A DNA stretch of 64,000 bases, taken from Armatimonadota bacterium. GTDB lineage: Bacteria > Armatimonadota > Fimbriimonadia > Fimbriimonadales > Fimbriimonadaceae. The notes under the pieces were generated by a model. That model made no database searches, was not told the DNA's origin, and saw only the letters and a program-made list of their open reading frames with translations. How positions within the stretch are numbered: position 1 is the stretch's first letter; each line of letters begins with the position of its first letter. The position numbers and the translations under genes are program-made. This document shows, in pieces, positions 26,701 through 34,972 of this stretch. The stretch spans positions 221,720 through 285,719 of the forward strand of contig JAFDWQ010000001.1 of the NCBI GenBank assembly GCA_018268395.1, written 5' to 3'.

Positions 26701-27307
26701 ACTCGAGCCTGCGGGGCCGTTCGTGACCCATCGGAAAAACGTCCAGGATGCCCCCACGCTTGGAGAACTGTCCGGGAACCCTTACCGGCTCACCGGGTTC
26801 GTATCCCAAGCGACGAAGGCTGTCGCAAACCTGATCGATGTCGAACGTGTCGCCGACTTTCACGCTGATCGTGGACTCGCGCAGGTCGTCCGGGAACAGA
26901 GTCCGCTCCAGAGCGGCTTGGGCCGTTGCGACGACGATGCCCGGCTCATCGTCCACCAAGAACCTTAAGGCGCCGATCCGGTCGGACAGGGCCACGGTCT
27001 CGGGCGAGGCGTCCTCGAACAGGGCGCTCTGACCGCTCGGGAGGAGACGGACGCGATCGGCAGGGACGCCGCAAAGGGTCAGTCGGGCGACCCATTGGAG
27101 CGCCCTGTCGTAGTTCGGCGTGACGACGAGGAACTTGTCGGCCGGCCCGCGTCCGCCGTCGGAAGCCAGGTGCCACAAAGCAGCGGTCAGGACCGGTCGT
27201 GATTCGGGGGCGGCTTGCGTCCACCGCGTGCCCTTATCGATTCCGGAACTGGCTTCAAGGAACGGGTCTGCTCCCGCGACCCTGCGCGCGAAATCTGAAA
27301 GGCGCAT
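23735..27307 (-). CDS. mfd: Transcription-repair coupling factor Mfd
   Basis: 1190 aa. CarD-like RNAP-interacting segment (GDFVVHINFGIGVFQGL), SF2 helicase motifs (VCGDVGFGKTEVAVRAA, LLIIDEEQKFG, LTLSATPIPRT, QLYQLRGRVGRS), and a TRCF C-terminal domain. Confidence 0.95.
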   Translation of the reverse strand: MRLSDFARRVAGADPFLEASSGIDKGTRWTQAAPESRPVLTAALWHLASDGGRGPADKFLVVTPNYDRALQWVARLTLCGVPADRVRLLPSGQSALFEDASPETVALSDRIGALRFLVDDEPGIVVATAQAALERTLFPDDLRESTISVKVGDTFDIDQVCDSLRRLGYEPGEPVRVPGQFSKRGGILDVFPMGHERPRRLEFFGDEVESVRLFDPMSQRSLDGVDELTVAPSRETMVPTGGDAHVVDMIERTLAIEESQLPDEAAQRLRETVQGDVDALRKRVFFDRLDLYRPLIHPDSGCAVDLLPESGLLVLDEPFEVDAVAQRAEDELGQALEHRAARGEILKSTANDYVLPPEHFSVAERSLALTMDGAPSWFPAGPETEIGAASLAPFRGQAVGLTKSVQNWLDAGVQVGVSTDQPMRAKSVLAQVDLFVSESDGEQAPEDAGKGRLVLIEGNLAGGFVVPAWKFGLVTDQELFGVARLKLPQRKFSEGLPVTTVLDLQPGDFVVHINFGIGVFQGLVKRIQDGVEKEFLQIDYKPPDRLFVPADQLDRIQKYLAPEDAPPKVNRLTGGDWQRTVGKAREEAREFARELIRLYAERKRVVRPTFGSDSPWQAEMEHTFPWMETPSQLAAIHDVKDDLQTDYPMDRLVCGDVGFGKTEVAVRAAFKVAQAGKQVAVLCPTTILSEQHYRNFAERLAGFPTQVGLLNRFCTTAERQDVKTRLADGTLDIVIGTHALLNKELRFKDLGLLIIDEEQKFGVKHKEALKEIRVNIDVLTLSATPIPRTLSMAMMHIRPMSLINDPPPGRLPIRTFVRPFSTEVVREAVLREMARGGQVYYVYNRVDGIHHVAEKIRKLVPTATVAVGHGQMHEKELEPVMVGFIKGEIDILVSTTIVENGLDIPNANTLIVENADKFGLSQLYQLRGRVGRSDRQAYSYFLYAGTKTMTEQATSRLGALQEFSHLGSGYSLAFRDLQIRGAGDLLGAKQSGQMSAVGFDLYTQLIESEVGFLKTFADGGKDPSLRDPLEGLAPLPTVDLPVKALIPAEYIEDEGQRLFYYKEMMSARGQLSLTAVEAEIEDRYGRLPDAVRSAVAVMRLRLQAQELQVERIDGKGGRLLVSFWQDNDLSTRVFAILTQGHREAYMSRDQLVWPFTGDPVTACREMLEGLQEAVRKVEEQRAALARSGPT

Positions 27308-27349
27308 GCCTTGGGCAGATTGTACCGACCTAAGGCCGGACAGGCACGG

Positions 27350-28357
27350 TCACTTTCGGGCTGTGCCGGGCTTCAACACCGCGACGACCGCGGAATGGTC
27401 CGAAGCCGACCCGTTCAAGACCGTGCAATCGAGCGGTTCGACACCAGGAAACGCCCAGACGTAGTCGATCCGTCTGACCGGGAGGAATGCGGGCGACGTC
27501 CACCCGGTCCCCCTGCCTGCGGCCAGAAAGACGTCTTGGGCCAGCGACGCGATCCGGCCGTACCGCCGCGATCCGGGCGTCATGTTGAAGTCTCCGCACA
27601 AGACGGTGGACACCTCCGACGACGCTACCGTCATCAGCTCCTGGGTCACGAGACCGCTTTGCTCCCTACCGACCTCGCCCCAACGGCGGCCCCAATCAAG
27701 AGGCGGCCGGTCCAGAGTCTGCTCCGGCAGGTAGCTCGGGGCATGGACGTTCAACACGCGGACCGGACGGCCGTGAAAGTCCACCGTCTGCTCGATCATC
27801 GTCCAGGAATAGTCGAACGGCGTCAGTTTGTGGACGCTCTGGTACAAAACGGGCAGGCGGGAACCGCTCGTCCTGCTCCCATCGGAGAGGAACGAGTAAT
27901 CGGGCAAGAGCCGCTTGAGTTCCAAGGTGGTCGCGATGTCCGTGAGGTCGCTGCACTCTTGAAAGGCGAAGACGTCGATGTCCTGTTCACGGACGATGGC
28001 CGCGATGCGGGCCGGGCCGTTCCTTCCGTGTTCGATGTTGAACTGGAGGACGCGCAACGTCTCGTCGCGGGGAGCCGACCGAGGAACGTTCCAGACCGCC
28101 TGTCCCGTGAGCACGAAGTACACGGGGAGACAGGCCGCGCCGACCGCGACGTCGGCCCATCGCTTTCGGACGGCGAGCCAGGTCAAGACCACCGTCAAGG
28201 GGAAAAGGACGAGACCACCTATGCTCCCGGTCGCCATCGCCACGAACGACGTGTCGTCGTCCCCGAACTTCGCGATGGCCCAGGACACCAAGAAGACGGC
28301 ATAGACCGCGATCAAGACGGCCCGCGACCGTGGCCATTTTGTCCGCGACTGTGCCAT
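27350..28357 (-). CDS. Membrane-anchored endonuclease/exonuclease/phosphatase (EEP) family protein
   Basis: N-terminal TM helices, then EEP blocks LRVLQFNIEHG, VFAFQE, GDFNMTPGS and SDHSAVVAVL. The start at 28357 (MAQSRTKW...) is preferred, because the 28432 start would overlap the divergent MOSC gene. Confidence 0.7.
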   Translation of the reverse strand: MAQSRTKWPRSRAVLIAVYAVFLVSWAIAKFGDDDTSFVAMATGSIGGLVLFPLTVVLTWLAVRKRWADVAVGAACLPVYFVLTGQAVWNVPRSAPRDETLRVLQFNIEHGRNGPARIAAIVREQDIDVFAFQECSDLTDIATTLELKRLLPDYSFLSDGSRTSGSRLPVLYQSVHKLTPFDYSWTMIEQTVDFHGRPVRVLNVHAPSYLPEQTLDRPPLDWGRRWGEVGREQSGLVTQELMTVASSEVSTVLCGDFNMTPGSRRYGRIASLAQDVFLAAGRGTGWTSPAFLPVRRIDYVWAFPGVEPLDCTVLNGSASDHSAVVAVLKPGTARK

Positions 28358-28418
28358 GTGACTTGAATGAACCGCCGGACCGCACGGCCGATTCCCGGTC
28401 CCACGGTAGCATTCCCAG

Positions 28419-29210
28419 GTGGGATCCGTCACGGGACTGGCCGTTTACCCTGTCAAATCGCTCCGGCGCTGGCCCGTGACCGAGGCCGACGTCACTCTCC
28501 GGGGACTGGCCTCCGACCGTCGATGGCTCTTCACCGATCCTGACGGCAGGTTTATCACCCAGCGCGAGCACGGCGTATTGGCGACCTTGACGGCGGAACC
28601 CACGAACATCGGAGTCCGGTTGACAGGGCAGGGGCGGAACCCGCTCGTTGTCCCGGTACCCCAAGGTCCGGGCAGGCCGGTCACGGTCTGGCGCGACACG
28701 GTCGACGCCGTCGACGCCGGTGACGAGGCCGCCCTTTGGGCGAGTTCGGCGGTCGACATGCCCGTCCGGCTCGTCTACATGCCGGACTCGACGGTCCGAC
28801 CCGTCCATCCAGACTTTGCAGCGTCCGGCGACCATGTCAGCTTTGCCGACGGGTTTCCCCTTCTTCTGGCCAACGAAGCCAGCCTGAACGACCTGAACGA
28901 TCGGCTCGAGGCCCCGGTCCCGATGGACAGGTTTCGGCCGAACGTCGTGGTGTCCGGCTTCGACGCGCTCGCTGAGGACGGCTGGAAGCGTCTGCGGATC
29001 GGCACGGTGACGTTCCGCTCGCCGAAGCTCTGCGGCCGGTGCATCGTGACGACGACGGACCAGGACACGGGAGAGCGGCTCGGAGACGAACCGTTGAAGA
29101 CCCTCACGTCTTACCGCCTGATCGGACAAGCGGCGATCTTCGGCGTCAACCTGATCCCGGACACGGTCGGAACGATCCGGGTCGGGGACGCCGTCGACGT
29201 CTTAGAATGA
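28419..29210 (+). CDS. MOSC domain protein (with N-terminal MOSC beta-barrel)
   Basis: GLAVYPVKSLRRWPV at the N-terminus. FRPNVVV...FRSPKLCGRCIVTTTDQDTG contains the conserved MOSC cysteine. GTG start. Confidence 0.8.
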   Translation: MGSVTGLAVYPVKSLRRWPVTEADVTLRGLASDRRWLFTDPDGRFITQREHGVLATLTAEPTNIGVRLTGQGRNPLVVPVPQGPGRPVTVWRDTVDAVDAGDEAALWASSAVDMPVRLVYMPDSTVRPVHPDFAASGDHVSFADGFPLLLANEASLNDLNDRLEAPVPMDRFRPNVVVSGFDALAEDGWKRLRIGTVTFRSPKLCGRCIVTTTDQDTGERLGDEPLKTLTSYRLIGQAAIFGVNLIPDTVGTIRVGDAVDVLE

Positions 29211-29238
29211 TACGGCCGAAGAGGAGTAGAATCCCTTT

Positions 29239-29802
29239 ATGCCGAAGAGGATCGAGACCGTCGTGCTCCACGACTCGAGCACGCCCGTGATCGGCGATAT
29301 CGAGAAAGCGGGCCCGGTGGTCTTGACGACCTTGGACACGCTCATCAACCAGGCCCGGGCCAACGCTTTGTGGCCGTTGACGTTCGGTCTCGCCTGTTGC
29401 GCGATCGAGATGATGGCTACCGTCGCGAGCCGGTTCGACCTCGCCCGATTCGGATCCGAAGCCTTCCGTGCCACTCCCAGGCAGGCCGACGTCATGATCA
29501 TTGCCGGCCGCTTGAGCAAGAAGATGGCCCCGGTCCTAAGGCAGATCTACGACCAGATGCCCGAACCGAAGTGGGTCATCTCCATGGGTGCGTGCGCCAG
29601 TTCTGGCGGCGTGTACAACAACTACGCGATCGTCCAGGGCGCCGACCAGGTCGTCCCCGTCGACGTGTACGTCCCGGGGTGCCCGCCCTCTCCCGACGCT
29701 TTGATCTACGCCGTCATGAAGCTCCAGCAGAAGATCAAACACAACAAGTTCGGTCGGCTGATCGAGCTGAAGCCGCGGACGCTTGAGGAGGAGACGGCGT
29801 GA
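29239..29802 (+). CDS. nuoB: NADH-quinone oxidoreductase subunit B (NuoB / PSST / NdhK family)
   Basis: [24 protein letters not shown] and VYVPGCPP supply all four Cys expected for cluster N2. Confidence 0.9.
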   Translation: MPKRIETVVLHDSSTPVIGDIEKAGPVVLTTLDTLINQARANALWPLTFGLACCAIEMMATVASRFDLARFGSEAFRATPRQADVMIIAGRLSKKMAPVLRQIYDQMPEPKWVISMGACASSGGVYNNYAIVQGADQVVPVDVYVPGCPPSPDALIYAVMKLQQKIKHNKFGRLIELKPRTLEEETA

Positions 29803-30263
29803 GCTTCGAGGTCTTCCGCGACGTCGCCAAGCCGATCCTGGCCGGATTCGGGATCACGGCCAAGAGAGCGATGACCTGGGGCGAACACCATGCGACCGTC
29901 CAATATCCGGAGGAACGGCGGGAGCAGTTCACACGGACCCGTTGGCGCCACGTGTTGACCCGATACGATTCGGGATTGGAGCGGTGCATCGGATGCTCGC
30001 TTTGCGCAGGGGCGTGCCCGGCACGATGCATCTTCGTCGAAGCGGCCGAGAACACCGACGAGGACCGCCGCTCGCCAGGGGAGCGCTACGCCGCCCGATA
30101 CGAGATCAACATGATCCGGTGCATTTTCTGCGGCTACTGCCAGGAAGCCTGCCCGACGGGCGCCATCGTGTTGCGAAAGGACTTCGAGCTCTCCAACTAT
30201 GAGCGCGAGGACTTCGTGTACACCAAAGAAATGCTCCTCGAACCCGTCCGACCGACGCCTTGA
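29799..30263 (+). CDS. nuoI: NADH-quinone oxidoreductase subunit I (NuoI / TYKY family, 2x[4Fe-4S])
   Basis: [12 protein letters not shown] and [12 protein letters not shown] motifs. GTGA start/stop overlap with nuoB. Confidence 0.9.
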   Translation: MSFEVFRDVAKPILAGFGITAKRAMTWGEHHATVQYPEERREQFTRTRWRHVLTRYDSGLERCIGCSLCAGACPARCIFVEAAENTDEDRRSPGERYAARYEINMIRCIFCGYCQEACPTGAIVLRKDFELSNYEREDFVYTKEMLLEPVRPTP

Positions 30264-30371
30264 CGCCACAGAGCCCCAGCATTTTTTAACGTTTTCCAAG
30301 AACATTGACGAAACTTCGCCCGGGCCGGCATATCATCGGGTGTAGGCAGTTGCCTTCGTTGGAGTCTTGTC

Positions 30372-33300
30372 ATGCTCAATGCACTTTTGGCCTTTGCGGC
30401 CGACGGTAAAGTTTCGTCGTCTTTCGAATTCTTCCTGGAGTTCTCGGGAAGCCGCTATGCGGTGGTCGAGCGCCAGGTGAACGTCTCGTCCCACGGACTT
30501 CAGTCCGCTCCGACCCTCGCTATCGGCAGGGACGGGCGCTGCACCGTCGCCTGGCAAGGGCAGCGGTCGAACCAAGGTCAAGGAGGCGTTCTGGTCCGTT
30601 CCTTCGACGCGTTCGGCCGACCTCTGGACACGGAGCGACCCGCCACCTCCGATACGGCGCACAGTCATCTGGCCCCGAGCGCCGTCGAAGTCGACGGTCG
30701 GACCCTTGTCGCCCATGAGTCCCGTTATCGGGGCGGCAATAACCTGGACCTCTATCTCGGCGCGACGCGAATGAACGGACAGACCGTCGGAGACCGCCGC
30801 GACGTCGTGACCGCGGCTGGGCCCCGTGGAACGTGGGCCGCGGCTTGGCTCGCCGAAGTCGCCCCTGGTGCGACCCGTGTCTTCGTCCGGACGTTCGACT
30901 CGAGCGGCCGCCCGCTCGGCCCCGAGCGGCAGGTTTCGGAGACACCCTCAGGACAGGACCTTGTCCCGTCTCTCGTCGCCACCGACGACGGGTTCGCCGT
31001 AGCCTGGCAGCGGATTTCAGCCCGTGGCCGCCTTCTGGGCGTCTACGGTCGACTTCTCGGCCCGGACGGTCGAAGGGTCGGACGCGACGTTACGCTGACG
31101 GGGCCGTCCGCCATCGAACCGTCTTTGACGACGGCCGGTACGGGCTTCGTCTTGGGCTGGGTCGAACAGTCCGGCCCGAAGACCGTCGTCCGAGGCGCGC
31201 GACTCGACAAAGACCTCCGACGAACGGGCGAGACCCTGCGCGTGACCGGTCAGGATGCGGACCAGAACGCCGCGACCGTAGCCGGACGCTCGGACGGCAG
31301 GTTCGTCGTCGCGTGGAACAAGCGGTCACCCGCCGACAGGGACGTGTACGTCCAGCCGTTCCTGAGCGACGGACGCCCTTCCGGCCCGGCCGTCAGGGTC
31401 AACTCCCAAAGCAAGGGAGACCAGTCGCTCATCGAAGCGTCCGGCAAACGCCAGTTGGCGTACGACGAGACGGGCGTAACGATCGTGTGGTCGCAAGGCA
31501 AGTCCGGTCAGGCTCCGAGCTCTGTCCAGATGACGAAGCTGATCGACATCGCGGGACTGGACCGTTCGGTCTCGGCCGCGCTCGCGCCCCGGCCCGAGGA
31601 CACCGTTGCTCGGTTTGGGGACTCGGATCGGGACAGTCGGACGATCATGCGGTTCGACCGTAAGGCGACGTCCTTCGCCGGGCCGCACGAGCCACCGGTG
31701 CAGAACGTCACCCGTCCACAAGACAGGTGGGGCTTCCAAGTCCCGATGGCGAACGGCGGGTTCAACGCCTACACGCAGACGAGCTTCACGCCCCCGGACA
31801 TGAACCTCGCCGTCGGCCCCGAGCATGTCGTGGTCACCGTCAACGACGGTATCGCCTTTTACACCAAGAACGGGACGTCGACGTACTCGAACAACATGCG
31901 GCTGACGAACGGCTTCTGGGGGAGCCTGGCCGCATCGGACAACTTCATTTACGATCCCGAGTGCTTCTTCGACCGAGGCACGGGGCGCTTCTGGGTCATG
32001 GCGACGCAGGGGGCCGGGACAAGCGCGGATTCTGCCGCCCTGGTCGCCGTTTCCGACGACAGCGACCCGAACGGTGTCTGGTACACGTACCGCTTCCTGA
32101 CGACCAGCTTGGCCGGCAACTTCTTCGATTCGCCGAACTTCGGCGTAGACGATCAAGTGCTCTACGTCACCGGTGACGGTTTCGGGATCTCCTCGAACTA
32201 CCCGGTCTTCTGCATCGACAAGACACCGATGCTGACGGGCGGCAACCCGTCCGTGATCAAGTCGACCACGCTGTCGACGTCGACCCAGTCCGCGGGTATG
32301 CCCCAAGTGCAGCCAGGGACCGGTCCGTGGTACCTCGTCGAGCACAAGGAGGCGACCAACAATACGGCGATCGACCTCGTCGCCCTTCGGAACCCGTTGA
32401 CCACGCCGAACCTCGTCCGGTTCACGCTGACCGTCCCGTCGTACAGCGCTCCCGAAGACCCGCCGCAGAGCGGATCGTCGTCGCGGGTGAACACCTTTGA
32501 CGCACGGATGTGGAGCGTCAAAGCCGCCAACGGGTTCATATGGGCGAGCCACCACGTGAACGGCTCGCAGGTCCGTGGCCGCTGGTACCAGATCGATCCG
32601 AGGGGATGGCCCGTTTCCGGGAACAACCCGGTCGTCGTCCAGTCCGGCGAACTCGATCCTGGAACGGGCGTCCGGTCGTTCTTCCCCGCCATCGCAGCGG
32701 ACGACGCTGACAACGTCGGGTTCGGATACTCACGGGGCGCGACGAACGAGTTCTATTCGGCCGCCCATGCCTACCGGAACAAAGCGGACGGCGCGGGCAC
32801 CTCGAAGGGGCACGCGATCGACATGGTCTCGACCGGACCGTACACGGCAGGCCGTTGGGGCGACTATTCCGGCTGTGACGCCGACCCGGCGTATCCCGGT
32901 CTCTTCTGGTCGTACGCCGAGTGGTCCCAGGGTTCCACTTGGAACTCTTGGGTCCAACCGTTCTACGTGACCAATGCGATCTGGGCCACTCAACTGACGC
33001 TGATCCGAGGACAGGCCGTCAGCGGGTCGGTCAAAGACATGGTCTACGACGACGGCGTCGAAGCGGTCCATAAGAGCTTCGTGCGGGCGACGGCGACGGA
33101 TCCCTACATCCGATACGAACTGAAGACGCGCACCTTCCGGAAGAACCAGACGAGCGCCAACGTGGAGTTCGCCTATCGCGTCTCTGCACCGGGCTTCAAG
33201 CTCCGTACGGAGTTGATGGACACGGCCAGCGGCGTCTGGAACACGGTCGACTACCGTGACGCGGCGACCACCGACTCGGCCTTCAGTGTCAGCGTCGCCA

Positions 33301-33431
33301 ACCCGACGAACTACATCGACCCGGCGACGGGCACCGTCCGGGCCAGGGTCAGCGTCGAGAAAGGCGTGGGGCCTGTGGCGACGAACGCGGTCAATCTGTT
33401 CTCGGACAAGTGGAACTGGGTCGAGAACTGA
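30372..33431 (+). CDS. Large repeat protein of unknown function (seven ~50-aa tandem repeats, a propeller-like middle domain, and a C-terminal beta-sandwich-like domain)
   Basis: A single 1019-codon ORF, with GGAG 7 nt upstream of the ATG. Repeats follow the pattern hydrophobic-(A/G)W...(V)(R/Q)(x)F/L...G(R)P.G...V. No family recognised by eye. Confidence 0.7.
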   Translation: MLNALLAFAADGKVSSSFEFFLEFSGSRYAVVERQVNVSSHGLQSAPTLAIGRDGRCTVAWQGQRSNQGQGGVLVRSFDAFGRPLDTERPATSDTAHSHLAPSAVEVDGRTLVAHESRYRGGNNLDLYLGATRMNGQTVGDRRDVVTAAGPRGTWAAAWLAEVAPGATRVFVRTFDSSGRPLGPERQVSETPSGQDLVPSLVATDDGFAVAWQRISARGRLLGVYGRLLGPDGRRVGRDVTLTGPSAIEPSLTTAGTGFVLGWVEQSGPKTVVRGARLDKDLRRTGETLRVTGQDADQNAATVAGRSDGRFVVAWNKRSPADRDVYVQPFLSDGRPSGPAVRVNSQSKGDQSLIEASGKRQLAYDETGVTIVWSQGKSGQAPSSVQMTKLIDIAGLDRSVSAALAPRPEDTVARFGDSDRDSRTIMRFDRKATSFAGPHEPPVQNVTRPQDRWGFQVPMANGGFNAYTQTSFTPPDMNLAVGPEHVVVTVNDGIAFYTKNGTSTYSNNMRLTNGFWGSLAASDNFIYDPECFFDRGTGRFWVMATQGAGTSADSAALVAVSDDSDPNGVWYTYRFLTTSLAGNFFDSPNFGVDDQVLYVTGDGFGISSNYPVFCIDKTPMLTGGNPSVIKSTTLSTSTQSAGMPQVQPGTGPWYLVEHKEATNNTAIDLVALRNPLTTPNLVRFTLTVPSYSAPEDPPQSGSSSRVNTFDARMWSVKAANGFIWASHHVNGSQVRGRWYQIDPRGWPVSGNNPVVVQSGELDPGTGVRSFFPAIAADDADNVGFGYSRGATNEFYSAAHAYRNKADGAGTSKGHAIDMVSTGPYTAGRWGDYSGCDADPAYPGLFWSYAEWSQGSTWNSWVQPFYVTNAIWATQLTLIRGQAVSGSVKDMVYDDGVEAVHKSFVRATATDPYIRYELKTRTFRKNQTSANVEFAYRVSAPGFKLRTELMDTASGVWNTVDYRDAATTDSAFSVSVANPTNYIDPATGTVRARVSVEKGVGPVATNAVNLFSDKWNWVEN

Positions 33432-33449
33432 TCCGGGAGTGACCGTAGA

Positions 33450-33470
33450 GGCGGACCGTTCCGGTCCGCC
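33450..33470. terminator. Hairpin between convergent genes (probable bidirectional terminator)
   Basis: GGCGGACCG (33450-33458), TTC loop, CGGTCCGCC (33462-33470). Followed by the pyrimidine-rich TCCCTTCCTT. Confidence 0.5.
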
Positions 33471-33483
33471 TCCCTTCCTTCGC

Positions 33484-34029
33484 CTAACCGTTCGTGCGGT
33501 TCATGGCGGTGTCGAGGCCGTCGCTCAGCCAGGCCTCGCAAGCTTCCACGGATTTCGCGACGGCCCGGTCGATGTCGGCGCGTTCGTCCGGCTTAAACTT
33601 GTTCAGGACATGGTCGACGGTATCGCCCGTTTTTCCGATCCCAATCTTGAGTCGCGGATACTCGTCGGATCCGAGCGCCTGGATGATGGACTTGTGGCCG
33701 TTGTGCCCGCCCGAACTGCCCTTCGGCTTCATCCGCACCCGACCGACGTCCATGTCAAGGTCGTCGGCGACGACGAGGATCGACTCTGGGCCTAACCGGA
33801 AGTGCTTGGCCAATGTGCCGACCGCCCGACCGCTCAGGTTCATGAACGTCAGCGGCTTGACCAGCACGACAGAGCGCCCATCGATCTGTCCGGCCCCGAA
33901 CTGAGCTTGAAACCGGTGCGTACGGAGCGCGATCTTGTGCTTCTTTCCGAGCGTTTCGACGACGTCAAAGCCCACGTTATGGCGAGTCCCCGCATATTGG
34001 GGGCCCGGATTCCCTAGGCCCACGATCAT
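33484..34029 (-). CDS. pth: Peptidyl-tRNA hydrolase
   Basis: MIVGLGNPGPQYAGTRHNVGF is the canonical Pth N-terminus. Later GGHNGHKSI. The track start at 34077 adds 16 codons and would overlap uppP. Confidence 0.9.
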   Translation of the reverse strand: MIVGLGNPGPQYAGTRHNVGFDVVETLGKKHKIALRTHRFQAQFGAGQIDGRSVVLVKPLTFMNLSGRAVGTLAKHFRLGPESILVVADDLDMDVGRVRMKPKGSSGGHNGHKSIIQALGSDEYPRLKIGIGKTGDTVDHVLNKFKPDERADIDRAVAKSVEACEAWLSDGLDTAMNRTNG

Positions 34030-34045
34030 CGCCTCGGGAGGCGGT

Positions 34046-34972
34046 TCAGGTCCGGACCGACGTTTGATGAACCCCAAGCCGGGCCCCCGTTGGTTCCGTC
34101 GGCCGGGCGGTCGTGCGCCCGGAAAATGCGAGGACGAGGACGATGACGCCCAAAAGTAACCGGTAGACGACGAAGACGCCCGTCGACCGGGTCTGCAGGT
34201 ACCTCATCAAGAACGCGATCGCCGCATAGCCCACCACGAACGACACGAGAGTCGCGACGATCGTCGGCACCGCTCCCTGATCGAGCAGAGCGTGCCGCTC
34301 TTTGATCAACTTGTAAACCCCTGACAAAAGAATGGCGGGGACGGAAAGCAGGAACGAAAAGCGGGCCGCAGACGACCGGTCGAAACCCGAGAACAGCCCG
34401 CCCGTGATCGTGCAACCGCTCCTGCTCGAACCGGGGATCAGGGCGAGGCACTGCCACAGTCCGATCACGATCCCGTCTTTGACCGTCACGTCATCGGACG
34501 CGCGGGCGTTCTTGCCCGCCTTCTCCGCCCACCACAACACGAGGGCGAGCACGATCAGAGCGGAGCCGACGACGATGGCCGACCGGAACTCGCGGTCGAT
34601 CCACTTTTCGAGCACAAGCCCGAGGACGACGATGGGGACCGTCCCCGCAGCGATCGCCCATCCGGTTTTGGCCTCGGGGGTGCCCCTCCTTTGCGGATCG
34701 CTCAGGGACCCCGCCCATCCGGCAAGCGCCTTGCCGAGATCGGAGCGGAAATAGATCAGCACCGCGAGGATCGTCCCGAGTTGGATGACGGCCGTAAAGC
34801 CTGAACCCGCGTCCTTCCAGCCCAGGAACTCGGTCACGAGGTACAAGTGGCCGCTACTACTGATCGGCAAGAACTCGGTGAGCCCTTGGATCAAGCCGTA
34901 GACGACGGCTTGGATCAGGCCCAAGGCGACTCCGGCGAAGTCTCGATCCCCAGCGACTTCAACGTGAACCAC
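34046..34972 (-). CDS. uppP: Undecaprenyl-diphosphate phosphatase (BacA/UppP)
   Basis: GLTEFLPISSSGHL and PGSSRSGCTITGGL signature blocks. The start may lie a few codons inside the ORF. Confidence 0.85.
   Translation of the reverse strand: MVHVEVAGDRDFAGVALGLIQAVVYGLIQGLTEFLPISSSGHLYLVTEFLGWKDAGSGFTAVIQLGTILAVLIYFRSDLGKALAGWAGSLSDPQRRGTPEAKTGWAIAAGTVPIVVLGLVLEKWIDREFRSAIVVGSALIVLALVLWWAEKAGKNARASDDVTVKDGIVIGLWQCLALIPGSSRSGCTITGGLFSGFDRSSAARFSFLLSVPAILLSGVYKLIKERHALLDQGAVPTIVATLVSFVVGYAAIAFLMRYLQTRSTGVFVVYRLLLGVIVLVLAFSGRTTARPTEPTGARLGVHQTSVRT

Noticed and set aside
25013-26968. 651-aa ORF on the plus strand, antisense to mfd. Similar very long antisense ORFs lie at 10022-11557, 13141-14664, 16789-18486 and 31326-32555.
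   Set aside because: Each lies entirely inside, and opposite to, a gene with clear family motifs. Their translations are R/G/P/D/E-rich low-complexity strings with no recognisable motifs. High third-position GC suppresses stop codons on the antisense strand, so these are expected artefacts.
30305-30336. TTGACG ... TATCAT read as a standard sigma-70 promoter for the large repeat gene.
   Set aside because: The hexamers are 20 nt apart, outside the 16-18 nt window for sigma-70. It is reported only as an AT-rich regulatory candidate, not as a called promoter.
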